A stretch of DNA of 64,000 nt from Octopus sinensis (Eukaryota): positions 125,612,001-125,676,000 of the forward strand of contig NC_042997.1 of the NCBI RefSeq assembly GCF_006345805.1, written 5' to 3'. Below, one piece after another: positions 12,410-25,797 of this stretch (positions within the stretch are counted from its first letter, which is position 1; every line of letters starts with the position of its first letter). The translations under genes and the position numbers were made by a program. The notes under the pieces are model-generated. The model made no database searches, was not told where the DNA came from, and saw only the letters and a list, made by a program, of their open reading frames with translations.

Positions 12410-12592
12410 AACATATCTCGATATGTAACTATATGCATGAGAATACATATATAAAACATGCAAATTTACACATACATACAAAAAAATACTCTGTTGTTGA
12501 TGTCGAAATTCTAATGAAGTAACCTTGGATCAAGGTTAGAAACCGGTTCTTTCTTTATTGGCAAGAAATTTTGAAATAAACTGAATAATGAC
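12410..12592 (+). mobile_element. RLE family C 3' UTR fragment ending in (TACA)n
   Basis: Matches the reverse complement of 55510-55700, the 3' UTR directly after the RLE ORF; followed by a (TACA)n array to about 12680. Confidence 0.8.
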
Positions 12593-14124
12593 ATACATAC
12601 ATACATACATACATACATACATACATACATACATACATACATACATACATACATACGTACATACATACATACATACTTATATACACACATATATACAAGG
12701 TAAAGCCTTAAGGCCGAAACAATACGAAATGAAATACAAAAATAAAGTACAAAAGTGAAGTTTGACCTGGTATTGCAATTTTGTGGGTAAAACCCTCTTC
12801 ATCAGGACACGTGGACAAATACAGAATGGAATAAAGTTATTATCGTTGCTCAGTTATGTAGCAAAAGTTGGTGACATGCACAAAGTGATGTTGCTATAAT
12901 AGCGTCTGCTTTGTGTAGCTCATTTCTGTTGTTTAATGCTGGTTATAGTGAGGCTTCCTTGGTCCGAAGATTGCCTATATTTTTATCTAATGTTGCACAT
13001 GTGCTTACATCTAATGTTAAATTCCACAATGTTCCACCTAAACTACTCTATTCTAATGTGTAGTTCACACGCGCGCGTGTGTGTATGTGTGTGTGTGAAT
13101 GAGTGTGTGAGAAAGTGAGTGTGTGTGTGTGAATGTGTGTGTGAGAAAATGAGAGTGTGTGTGTGTATGTGTGCAATTTTTATACCAATTAAAGCTTATC
13201 CAAACACTTCAACTCACACAAAACAGTGATTCCTACCAATGAAGGATGTGCTTCTACAGTTATAAATGTAACATACTTATAAGATAAATATATCAAAAAC
13301 CGAGCAAAAGACAAAGGTCACTCTATTTTAGGCTTTTAAGCTAGTCAATTTACACGGCAGAAATATAAAGCAAGTTGTAATTGGCATACTTTTTGTGACA
13401 TATTTTTCACAATTCATCATTCAATATTTGCTATGTCAACGTAGATATGCATGTATGTTCTGTTAGACGTATGTATTATTCGTGTATGTGGCTGTTTTAT
13501 TTTTGCTTTGTTTTGTAGTTTTCTTTTTCGTTTGTTTTTGCCTACAAGGTATAGGGACATGTCACGAGAATAAAAGCAAATATCCATTTTTGTTGACCAG
13601 TTACGCCTCCTGTTGTTATTTGCTCTTACTAAAGCGTTATATTATTTTTTTTATATATCTCGAACGCATACACATAAAATATAAACACACATACACGCAT
13701 ATGTACACACATACCTAAATACTAACGCATAAACGTGTAAATACACACACACACACATATACATACATACATATATATATATACATACAGACTGACAGAC
13801 AGACAGGCAGACAGTCAGACGCAGTACATTTACAGATAACACAGAAATACAATCCGACATAATAGATATACACATGGTGCACACTAAGTAATATAAATGA
13901 GATAAACACTATTATTTTTACTTATAAAATTGCACAAATACCAGCCTACACATCTATATATATATATATATATATAATATAGATATATATATATATATTT
14001 ACACATATACATATATATATATACATATACATATATATATAATATATATATATATATAATATATAATATACCTATATATATATATACATATATATATATA
14101 CACATAATACATATATATATATAC

Positions 14125-14221
<97 letters not shown>

Positions 14222-14229
14222 ATATATAT

Positions 14230-14263
<34 letters not shown>

Positions 14264-14551
14264 TATGTATGCAAGCAGTCAAACTGTCGTACACAACCAT
14301 AAAGACATCAAACCGAACAGAGAGTGTTACAGTTCTTATCGCTTCATCAGACACAGGTAAACGAGACTGTCACCGTTTTAAAAAAAGTCTATGTCACAGT
14401 TACAAAATTGACACTCGTTCACATTTTATCACAAGTAAAAATATTATACGTTCCACATTAAAATAAAATAAAGTTAGTTACTCTACATTAAAGCATACAT
14501 CGGCAAAATAAAATATTTCATATATTGTGTATGTGTGCGTGTACGTTTAAA

Positions 14552-14593
<42 letters not shown>

Positions 14594-14713
14594 TATATAT
14601 ATATATATATATATATATAATAATATATATATATATATATACATATGCATATATGTGCATACATAATAAATACATACATATATATATGCATATATATACA
14701 CAGACATATATAT

Positions 14714-15106
14714 AGTGCTGTGTGGTAAGTAGCTTGCTTACCAACCAAATGGTTCCGGGTTCAGTCCCACTTCGTGGCACCTTGGGCAAGTGTCTTCTAC
14801 TATAGCCTCGGGCCGAACAAAGCCTTGTGAGTAGATTTGGTAGACAGAAACTGAAAGAAGCCTCTCGTATATATGTATATATATATATGTGTGTGTGTGT
14901 TTGTGTGTCTGTGTCCCCCCCCCCAACATCGCTTGACAACCGGTGCTGGTGTGTTTACGTCCCCGTCACCTAGCGGTTCGGTAAAAGAGACCGATAGAAT
15001 AAGTACTAGGCTTACAAAGAACAAGTCCTGGGGTCGATTTGCTCGACTAAAGGCGGTGCTCCAGCATGGCCGCAGTCAAATGGCTGAAACGTGTAAAAGA
15101 GTAAAG
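14714..15106 (+). mobile_element. SINE family A (near full length)
   Basis: Head GCTGTGTGGTAAGTAGC to tail GTAAAAGAGTAAAG. Confidence 0.92.
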
Positions 15107-15137
15107 TGTATACACAAACACACACATATATATATAG

Positions 15138-15223
<86 letters not shown>

Positions 15224-16104
15224 CAGGATGCGGTGAATAAACTGTCATCTAAATTATGCAAAGTAAAAATAAACACTGGTATCTCATTTTAACAGATATA
15301 TTTATCAAAATTATGAAAGAATAACTTGAAATACTAAAGAGTAAATTTATTCAATAAAATCGCCATTGGTTTCAACCACGTCCACCAGACGACATCGGAA
15401 TCTCCTGCAACTCTTTTCGACGGTTTCCTTGTTTAAGTTGGTCAATCGTGCCGTAATCCTTGCCTTCAGTTCCTCTTTGATGTTACGAAGAGTTTTGTTG
15501 GTCTCTCGCTCAATTGCGCTCCACACATAATAATCAAAGGGATTTCAGTCTGGGGAGTTAGGTGGGCAGAGTTAGGGGCGATGTGATCGTAGAAATTGTC
15601 TGACTGGGTTCTCCTGCTTGTGTGACATGGTGTAGATACCTGTTGCCAGACATAGGGTCTTTGAGCAGCCACCCTCTTGACCCAGGGCAGCACTACCTCC
15701 TCCAGGCATTTCATGTAGGCCTCTGTATTGAGTCTGAGGCGGTGTGGGAAGATGAATGGAGGCATAATATCGACATCAGTAGTGATCACTCCAAACACCA
15801 TGATGTTGATTGGATGTTTGATTTTTTATCACTCTCGGTACATGTCCACAGATTGCACTGTCCTCAGATTGATACCCAAATACTCTGAAATGTTCATATT
15901 GGAATTTCCGCCGCGAATGCCAAGAAGTACAACATGTCGTTTCCAAATTTCCGGCAGAGTGAATTGCGTCATGGTACTGTTTTTTCTCACAGACGGTGCC
16001 CAACTGATGCTACTATTCTGTGCAGTCTACAAAATCAAAAGCAAACAATGCGCCTGTGCGAAATTAAAGATATAAAATGGCGTCAATCTACCCATCGCAC
16101 CCAG
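15224..16104 (-). mobile_element. Tc1/mariner element of maT (DD37D-like) type, internally deleted pseudogene
   Basis: TA-flanked degenerate TIRs (CAGGATGCGGTGAATAAA / CTGGGTGCGATGGGTAGA). Translation VMVFGVITTDVDIMPPFIFP...YVWQQVSTPCH...NSPD*NPFDYYVWSAIE...NGDFIE* resembles Bmmar1-type transposase (recall). Confidence 0.8.
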
Positions 16105-16373
16105 TATGTGTGTGCGTGTGTGTGTGTGCATATGTATGTATGTGAGTGTGTGTGAATGGTCTATTCAGTTTCTTGCTACTCAGTTTCACGTGAAGATAAA
16201 CATGATCTTCAGGCAAGTTGTTTATATATAAAGACGGTGAAAGTGGATGGCGGGAGGGAGGGGTAGACAGAATAGATAGAGAGAGAAAGAGAGATACTCA
16301 GGCATGTTATACACATAAGATATATGTATGCATCTTTGAATAAGCGTATGCATCTATGTTTCTAAACTTACAA

Positions 16374-16410
<37 letters not shown>

Positions 16411-16658
16411 AATGTACATATGTATGTATGTTTATATGTATGTATGTAGGCATGTATGTATGCGTATATGCATATATATACGTATATATTTATATATATG
16501 TGTGTATATGCATGTATGTATGTATGTATATATGTATGTATGTATTATGTATGTATGCATGTATGTATGTATGTACGCATGCGTCTATCGCCATTGGCTT
16601 CAACCACATGTATGTGTCTATGTTATCTATGCATATAAGTTATATATAAATATATATA

Positions 16659-16716
<58 letters not shown>

Positions 16717-16851
16717 ACATAATATATATACATATAATTTACATTTCTGTGTATACATATGCATATGTGTATATATAATATACATATATATATATGTATT
16801 GTATATAGGTATATATATGTATATATATGTATATATATATATATATATATC

Positions 16852-16887
<36 letters not shown>

Positions 16888-16941
16888 ATACAAATAATCA
16901 TAATATATATATATATGTACAAATAAATATATATATAATAT

Positions 16942-16984
<43 letters not shown>

Positions 16985-17391
16985 CAAATAATGTATACTC
17001 CATATAACAACGCCCCTCAGTGATATCCCACGAAGATATAGTCATTATCATCTTTGTTATATGCGATTTTGTTTCGGTTCAGGCGTTTTACACTAGCTGG
17101 TCTCTTTGATTCAGTTCAATTACAGAATGAATTTCACATTACTCTCGCTCACACCATTAGATATAATCTTTTGCACATAGATATGCACACACCTATCTAT
17201 ACCTTCATGTGTGTGCGCTTGTGTGTAGCTGTGTACGTGCAGACATATGTTTCCGTGTCATTAGATCGCTACGTATCTTTCTCACTCTCTCTATTTCTCT
17301 CTCTCCTTTTCTCTACCTATCTATCTACGCATATATACATATATATGTTTCGATCAAAGATTGGTCCAGGCCATGTCTAACTTTAGATATA

Positions 17392-18722
17392 CAGTGGCGG
17401 CCAAAATGTTCAGAACGGCATTGTTTTCGTCAGAAAAGTAGATATAATTTTTAATCAAAGTTGTTTTATATACTATAATTTTCACAGACAATAAATACAA
17501 TATTATTTGTTATTGCCGCCTGAGATTTTGGTGTAATTTGAGGAGATAATAATACAGTGATTTACTGCAAAACCCGTGCCGGCCAAAATGATCAGAACGG
17601 TTGCTTTTACTCTGTGTTTTAGTATATTTAACAGGCGAACTCTAATGTTTTGAATTTGTTTACGTGACGGTTCGTTTACTAAACATTAGTAAGAATATCT
17701 GCAGTGTACTTTGTTAATATAATGCCACTTACTCCGTTACCAATTCGTCAGCAGATTATTAAGCTTCGAAGGAAGGATAATTTAAGTATTGGATCTATTG
17801 CAAAGATTGTTAACAAGTCAAAAAGTGTTGTACACGGTATTCTTAAGGTCTACGATGATTGTGGTTCGTGTGAAGCAAGAAAGTGTACAGTTAGGCCAAG
17901 AAAAACGACAAGAGAGAAGATCGGCTATGGTAAAGTTGGTAAAAAGGACAGATTTAAAACTGCTGCTGCTGTTTCTCGAAAATGAGCATTGTATTGAAGA
18001 AAACTTTCTCTCGAAAAACTGTGTGTCTCATCGCTTATTTGAACATGACCTACAAGCAAGAGCACCTGCAGTGAAGCCACTGATCACTCCAGGAATAAAA
18101 AGTGTCGTCTTACCTTTGCAATCGAACATGTGTTGTGGTCTCAAGAAAATGGCAAACGGTGCATTCAGTGATGAATCTAGTTTATGTTATTTGGCTCAGA
18201 TGGGAAAGGTACTTCGTATAAAGTAGGTGAAAAATTCTCGCCTAAATGCTTTAAGACTGGTGTTAAAATTCGGTGGAGGAAGTGTCATGGTTTGGGGGAT
18301 GATATCTGGAGATGGTGTGGGCTCTTTGGTCGATTACATGGAAAGGTAAATGCAGGAGTTTATAAACAACTTGTAAAAGATCATGTCTTGCCTGTGCTGA
18401 TAAATCCACTAGGCGACCACCCATATTCATGCAGGAGAATGCCCCATGCCACAAGGCTAAGGTGGTCATGAACTTCCTCAAGGCTGAAAAGGTTATTGTT
18501 TGGATTGGCCTGCTCAAAGCCCAGATCTCAATCCTATTGAAAATGTATGGAATATTCTAGGAGAACGTTCGAAAGCCAAATCCTAAAGAAACTGAGCAAT
18601 TACGGAATGCCCTTCAGGAAGAATGGAATAAGATCACCCAGCAAGAAATTGAAATTTAATTTCCTCATGCAGTCGAAGATGTCAGAGCGTGATTGAAGCT
18701 ACTTTAGCTTCACACTAAATAT
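17392..18722 (+). mobile_element. Tc1-like (DD34E) transposon with IR/DR-type left end; pseudogenised; right end lost in assembly gap
   Basis: TA|CAGTGGCGGCC start. Paired-like HTH (MPLTPLPIRQQIIKLRRKDNLSIGSIAKIVNKSKSVVHGIL), FSDES, MQENAPCH and [15 protein letters not shown] motifs across frameshifts. 20-bp direct repeat at 17399 and 17581. Confidence 0.9.
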
Positions 18723-18822
18723 NNNNNNNNNNNNNNNNNNNNNNNNNNNNNNNNNNNNNNNNNNNNNNNNNNNNNNNNNNNNNNNNNNNNNNNNNNNNNN
18801 NNNNNNNNNNNNNNNNNNNNNN
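18723..18822. other. Assembly gap (100 N)
   Basis: Run of N. Confidence 1.
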
Positions 18823-18899
18823 CTAAAAAAACTAAACACCAATATCCAAACGTTATGTAAGCTTAATTAGATTATTTATGAAGAAACACAACCAATATC

Positions 18900-19330
18900 A
18901 CTGTAAGTAATCTCCACAAACCATGAACCCACAAACACTTTCCACTTTGCTAGAATGAAGGATAACTCAGAATAAAGAGACTAAGAAATAAAAAAAAATA
19001 ATCGTAAGCAACCATAACAAATATGTAAACCCATCATCAGCTGCCAAACAGATATCACTATGGTTTTGACTCTTGAGTAAAACTATTCAATCCAGCGGTG
19101 TCATCAACGTTAACAGCATAAACGCTGCCTGGGAAACAATAGTAATTAGCAGGAACCTAACATTAGTGTAGTATGTATATTATACCAACACCTGATTATT
19201 ATTACAACGTAGACAATTAAATTATTATTATAAAATAATCCAATGAACAAGAACTTAACTCGCGAAGATTCTTGCCCGGGCTAGACTCTTCAGGAGTGAA
19301 ACACGAGACAAGATCAGAGTAACCGATCTA
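18900..19330 (+). mobile_element. Possible Penelope-like 3' remnant
   Basis: Weak GIY-YIG C-terminal-like words (RIKR..., H..FD..VK) followed by hairpin ACTC-TTCAG-GAGT-GAAAC that lacks a CUGANGA core. Confidence 0.3.
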
Positions 19331-19578
19331 TTTTACAAATAATTAGACTATCTGTCCACTCTTGCCACGTAATATGTTCTACGTCTGATAGTGTTTGCAC
19401 TATGTAAAGTATATTCAAATATCTTTACATTCTTATATTACAAATTTCAAAATCACTGTCAACGTTAGCTCTTTCCTTGTATGAAATTAATAAAATTTAT
19501 TCTATTAAAAGGTGTGAGTGATCCTCAATTTAATCTTAAATCGCTTTTATATAAATCACTTAAACACAACACGCGCGT

Positions 19579-19613
<35 letters not shown>

Positions 19614-19935
19614 CATACATATATTATACATATATACATTATATGTGTGTACCATGAAAGTATGTCTATGTATGTATAAAAGTATGAATATTATATACAC
19701 ACACATATGTGTGTCTGTATGTATATATGTACGTATGTGTGTATGCATGCAAATAAGTATATATTATATCATATATTATACTATATATATTATGTATGTG
19801 TGTATGTATGTATGTATGTATGTATATATATGCATTCATGCAAACACACATGCATGTATTATATATGTGTGTGTTTGTGTTGGTGTGTATGTGTGCGTTT
19901 GCATACATGCATATATACATACACATATTTATATT

Positions 19936-19970
<35 letters not shown>

Positions 19971-19996
19971 TCCACTCTCTACGTTCTCTTTCACTT

Positions 19997-20032
<36 letters not shown>

Positions 20033-20422
20033 TCCCCCTCGCTCCCTCCCTCCTTTCCTTCATCATCTACCTACCGCTATTACGCGTCATCAATAATTCT
20101 CTATTCCCCGGGTTTCAATACACAATATCTCCCTCCCTTCCTCCCGCCTCCCATCAACCCACACCGCACCGACAGAGAAAAACAAAGTCAACATCATCAC
20201 TGACTGTCCAAGTCAACATTATTATGTGGCCTGTCCCTAATAGTCAGCGTACAGTTTAATACAGAATTATCAGGAAATTTGAAGTCATTTATCTACTGTA
20301 AACAGAGCTATAAGCATACATCAGTGAATAAAACGGAGGAATGAACCAACTTTAGAGTGTGTAGGCGATTAACAAAGACCTAAAGAGCTGCAACGAGGAA
20401 ATAAGTGTGTTTATCGAACACA

Positions 20423-20450
20423 TTGACGTAAAGATGGCGGCGTGACGTGA
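20423..20450 (+). promoter_or_regulatory. CpG-containing cluster: CRE/bZIP-like TTGACGTAA, YY1 AAGATGGCGGCG, TGACGTGA
   Basis: Three motifs abut in 28 bp of non-repeat sequence; the YY1 match is perfect. Function is inferred only. Confidence 0.35.
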
Positions 20451-20896
20451 CGGAATGTCATTTGAACAAGAGACGTTGGCCCGGGAAAGAAAAAGAATAA
20501 AAGAATAAAAGAATTAGAACATCAGAATAATAATGGTAAAAAGAGTGAGAAGAAATAATTGAATGTTGTGATGATTGAGTAGCATTAGAGACGTTTGACG
20601 GAAGAGAAAAACATGTGTGTATTCACATGTGTGTACGTGCGTGCGTTGTGTGTGTATAGGCACTATATATATATATACACACACCAACATACATACATTG
20701 AGATATATATTTATATACTATTATATATATATATATATATATATCTATATATATATAAATATATGTACATTAATAATGATGCATATGTGGTGTGCGTACT
20801 TATATATATATATAGAGAGATGTATATACATACATTATATATATATGGAGAGAGCAGGGTGAGGGGAGTGTGTGTACGCGTGTATGTAAACGCATT

Positions 20897-20950
<54 letters not shown>

Positions 20951-21334
20951 CATATGTTATGCATGAATGTATGTATACCCAAAATATTTTTATCTATTTA
21001 TATAAATACATACATGTTGTGGTGTGTGTGTGTGTAGGTACAATATATATATACATACATATATATATGGTGTGTGTGTGTGTGTGTGTGTATTCATACA
21101 TACACACATGCATATGTAAACGCATATATGTGTGTGTGCGCGCGCGTGTATACATGCATAGATATATATAAATATATATGTATTCATATGTATACATGCA
21201 TATCTGTATCCATCAAGAAAACAGCCTTAGCACTTGGTTGTTTTCTCCAATTACAAGCCAACCTTCAGAGATTTATAAGCTGTAATTAACAGTCAATTCT
21301 ACAACCCAGAGACCTAGCATCTATGTGGTCACTC

Positions 21335-21402
<68 letters not shown>

Positions 21403-21404
21403 TT

Positions 21405-21610
21405 CAAATTTACAGAAAACAAAAACGACGAAGACAGGTGAAGGGAACAACAAGCAAGTGTATTAATTTGATGCTCGGAAAGAATGGAGAGGTATTTGAC
21501 GTTTCGAGCCGACGCTCTTCGATAAAAAGGCCTGGAGAGAGAACGAAAAAAAGAGGGAGAGAGAATGTGTAGGGATTAACGGTTCAATATGATGAACTGG
21601 CCAGAAGAAA
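21405..21610 (-). mobile_element. Family B Penelope-like terminal repeat (diverged HHR-like motif 21493-21530)
   Basis: Reverse complement ...TTATCGAA-GAGC-GTCG-GCTC-GAAACGTC...; flanks align with copies at 4746 and 32140. Confidence 0.6.
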
Positions 21611-21698
21611 GATGTATGTGTGTGTGTGTGTGTGTGTTTGTGTGTGCGCGCGCACATGTATGTATAGGGTAATTAAATTCTATCTAGATAGATATAAT

Positions 21699-22707
21699 AA
21701 TAAAGGGTAAAATTAATTAATCAATTAATAATTAATAATTTTACCAAGTAGTTCGGTATGTTAAAAGAACCATTATCGGTAACCTTATACAAAAATTCTA
21801 TAATTATAAGCATAATTATAATTAGGGTTCAGCAAAAATCGCTTCACCACATACCGAAATTTTAAAATAGCAGTTAAAATACTATTCCACTACCTTAAGA
21901 TATCTCCCAGACAGTGATACTCGATTCTCTTTAACCCAGAAACGCGTATATAGTTAATCAAAGCCAGGTGGATTCGTTATTTTTTCTCTTTATCTGCGTG
22001 AATTGAGAGTATTACAGTCTGGGAGATATCTTATGGTAGTGGAATAGTATTTAACTGCTATTTCTAAATTTCGGTATGTGGTGAAGCAATTTTTGCTGAA
22101 CCCTAATTATAATTATGCTTATAATTATAGAATTTTTGTATAAGGTTACCGATAATGGTTCTTTTAACATACCGAACTACTTGGTAAAATTATCAATTAT
22201 TAATTTATTAATTAAGTTTACCCTTTATTTTTATTGATGATATAATTCACTCACTGATAGTAAACTGCAGTTTCTGCGGAATTACTCGTGGCACACATGG
22301 GTGATTGAGGAAGAATGCGACATCTCATTCGTCTGTTTGAATTCGGAAGTACTGGTTTTTGGATATATGTTGTCTGATGGCGCTTGATCGGATACGTATA
22401 TTATTTATCAGTGCTCTCAAATTTGAAATTGAAATACTATACTGAAGACGGGAGTAAGTGAGTAGGAATATGATTTTACATCTTTTTACATCTCTTTAAC
22501 CCAGAAACGCGTATATAGTTAATCAAAGCTGGGTGGATTCATTCTTTTTTTCTCTTTACCTGCGCGAATCGAGAATATTACTGTCTGGGAGATATCGTAT
22601 GGTGGTGGAATAGTATTTAACTGCTATTTCTAAATTTCGGTATGTGGTGAAGCAATTTTTGCTGAACCCTAATTATAATTATGCCTATAATTATAGAATT
22701 TTTGTAT
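21699..22707. repeat. Composite inverted plus direct repeat (arms 21699-21926 / 22001-22229; direct copies 21926-22141 / 22491-22707)
   Basis: Arms align as reverse complements; spacer plus right arm is repeated ~565 bp downstream and ends at a (GATA)n array. Confidence 0.9.
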
Positions 22708-22709
22708 CG

Positions 22710-22801
<92 letters not shown>

Positions 22802-23589
22802 TAGGTTAATTAACCCTAGGTATATACTATCCGAAATAAGGACAAAATATCCATTGCTGAATTGTATTTGCTCATAGATCTAGGCAGTCAAGGTTGACAT
22901 GGACTAAACAAAAACAACTGAAATAACAACGGCTAATTATTCTAAATCCTTGTTTTTCTATTCTTCCGTGGCTTTTATTAAATCTTCTAGCAGCCTGATG
23001 GACATAAATATTTTGGTGTAAGAACATGGATTCTTTTGACCAAATATCTTGTCTTGTTTATATCACATTGTCTACATTCTGTCTGTCAGTGATGGCTTTT
23101 CGATGGTTTAATGGGATTATCTAGTATTTACAGTCGTTGAAGAAATCCACAAACACAGACACTGCTTCTAGGAATCCGTAAACCGACATCTTCTAAAACA
23201 CTCCTTAAGCAAAATAAGATTCTTTGATAACTCATTAAATTTTAGACGAATTGCTAATTGTCGAGTGACGGTGGAGATTGTAGTATGTATGTGTACGTGA
23301 GTGTGAATGCTTGTATTCCTGTGTTTGTGTGTACGTTTATATGTCTGCGTTTGTGTGTGTATGAAAGAGACAGAGGGCATGTGTGTGTACACGTGTATGT
23401 GTGTGTATGAGAGATAGAGGAAGTGTGTGTGTGTGTGTGTACGTGTGTATGTGTGTGAGAGAGAGAGAGAGGGAGTGTGTGTAGTGTATATGTGTGTGTA
23501 GTGTGTATGTGTGTGTAGTGTGTATGCGTGTGTAGTGTGTATGTGGGTGTGAGAGAGAGAGAAGGAGTGTGTGTGTGTATGCCTGTGCG

Positions 23590-24190
23590 TGTATGTGTGT
23601 GCTTGCGTGTGGTTGTGTGTGTGCTTAAGAGTATGTATGCGTGTGTAGGTGTATGTGTATGCGTTTATGTGCATGTGTGTATGTGTGTATGCATGTGCGT
23701 GTATGTGTGTGCTTGTGTGTGGTTGTATGTGCACTTAAGAGTATGTATACGTATGTAGGTGTATTTGTATGCGTGTATGTGTGTGTCTGTGTATGCATGT
23801 GCGTGTGTTTGCTTGCGTGTGGTTGTGTGTCCGTTTAAGAGTATGTATGCGTGTGTAGGTGTACGTGTATGCGTGTATGTGCATGTGTGTATGTGCGTGT
23901 GTATGCATGCGCATGTATGTGTGTGCTTGCGTGTGGTTGTGTGTGCGCTTAAGAGTATGTATGCGTGTGTAGGTGTATGTGTATGCGTGTATGTGCATGT
24001 GTGTATGTGTGTGTATGCATGTGCGTGTATGTGTGTTCTTGCGTGTGGTTGTGTGTGCGCTTAAGAGTATGTATGCGTGTGTAGGTACACGTGTATGCGT
24101 CTACGTGCATGTGTGTATGTGTGTGTGTATATGTGTGCTTGCGTGTGGTTGTGTGTGCGCTTAGGAGTATGTATGCGTATGAAGGTATAT
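23590..24190. repeat. TG-derived higher-order minisatellite, six ~100-114 bp units
   Basis: Anchor GTGTGGTTGT...TTA(A/G)GAGTATGTAT recurs at 23625, 23735, 23835, 23949, 24061 and 24161. Confidence 0.85.
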
Positions 24191-24413
24191 GTGTATGTGC
24201 ATGCGTGTGTGTGTGCCTATCACTTTATGTGTTTGTGTGTACCTATGGGAGGTGTCTGCGCACGCGTGTTTATATATCGGTCTGTGTGTATGTGTGTGTG
24301 TGCGTCTATCGGTCTGCGTGCACATGTGCGCGTGCATGTGTGTATATATCAGTCGGCTTGTCTGTAAATATGTGCATCTTTGTGTCTACGGGCACGTCTG
24401 TGTATTTCTATGT

Positions 24414-24493
<80 letters not shown>

Positions 24494-24984
24494 CGTGTGT
24501 GTGCTATAAATTTCCTCCAGAAAAAGACGTGATTTTATTATCGAGTTTCTTGAAATAACAAATAAGACATGACGTGTTTGTGGTGACAAGAAAAATTAAG
24601 TTTTCAGTTTTCGTAATTATTGTCGTTGTTATTATTATTATTGTTGTAATTATTGTTGTGTCTGTTGTCTGCCATTATCACGTTGTGTTCTTAGAAGCTA
24701 CAAAAAGAAAAACAAAACAAGAAGCAATAAAAAAAACATGGCTTCATTTTGTTGTTTTTCCGTCTGACGGCTAAATTACCTGCCCATCGACGTCTTAGGC
24801 TTTTCTAGGCTAGGGTATAACTACGTGAGATTAATATAGATAATGTCTGTCAATATGGTAAGACCTCTTATCAAAAAAAAACATAGAGAACTGTTTCAGA
24901 TAGGTTTAGCTGTTTCGTTGCAGCTAAAGCGACCACGTCTATATTTTACACTGTCTATACAAATGGTGCTCAACTGAAGTCCAT

Positions 24985-25797
24985 ATGAGCCCTGGAGGGC
25001 CATATAAGATTTCGGGGGCCCAAGCAAACAAAATAGTAAATTGGGGACACACAGCTGTATTTTAAGGGTCCATGAAAAAAATTTGCTTCAAATGTATTTA
25101 TTGTATACTGGATGGCAAGGTTTACGATATCGGGAGAATATCGCCTTCTTCCATTATCTCTTTTTGTTCTTCGTGTAGTTCAGGCTCCGGCAGGCGAAGA
25201 GAGATGACTTCAAGTACAAATGCAATTTACAACTGGTTTATTTACGAGTTTCACAGGATAGGTGAAGTATGCTGCTCTCAGCAACCATCTTTAGCTTTGT
25301 GCGTTATGTAGTAGCTCCGTTAGTGCGGGCACATTGCCTCTGGAGGTACAACATACAGACAGGCCCAGCCAATGGAGTGAGCTCAGCAAGCGCTGCTGCT
25401 GAGAGGCGGAAAGAAGAGGCGACAAAAGAGGAAGAATCTCAATCTGTTTTGCCCTTATATACAGTTTGCCATTGTGAGCCTCGTTGTGATCTCGCACATG
25501 GCAAATGGATGCAGATGAGGTCTCGCCCAGTCTCGGAGATGGCAATGGCTGCCGCGAGATCTCATTGAATATGGCGCTGACTGCTTGTGCCGCTACAATT
25601 GCAAGAAACAGTTTTTTTTTTCTTTAATGTTTTACATTGTTCAACCTACACAAGTTAATGTGCGAAAAACAAAATAGGAATTTTGAAAGAAGTACCTTTA
25701 TAACTAGTTTTTAAGCATCGAATGGTTCTGGGGCTTTACCAGAGCAAAACGGTAATCAAAGGGGTTCATGGGTAAAACAACGTTTGAGAACTGCTAA
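24985..25797. mobile_element. Possible hAT-derived remnant (GC-rich interior, Charlie-like end)
   Basis: GGGCCC-rich left part, GAGATCTC-type motifs, and right end GTTTGAGAACTGCT resembling the reverse of CAGTGGTTCTCAAAC; no paired left TIR seen. Confidence 0.3.

Noticed and set aside
14300-14360. CTGATGAAG on the minus strand as a hammerhead (likewise 12795-12815 and 31195-31215)
   Set aside because: No stem II followed by GAAA and no compatible stem I or cleavage triplet.
22800-23280. Possible Penelope N-terminal coding remnant on the minus strand
   Set aside because: Multiple stops and only vague similarity; cannot be supported without a search.
25269-25568. 99-aa GC-rich ORF as a host exon
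   Set aside because: No recognisable domain or splice context; flanked by hAT-like subterminal motifs, so more likely transposon interior.
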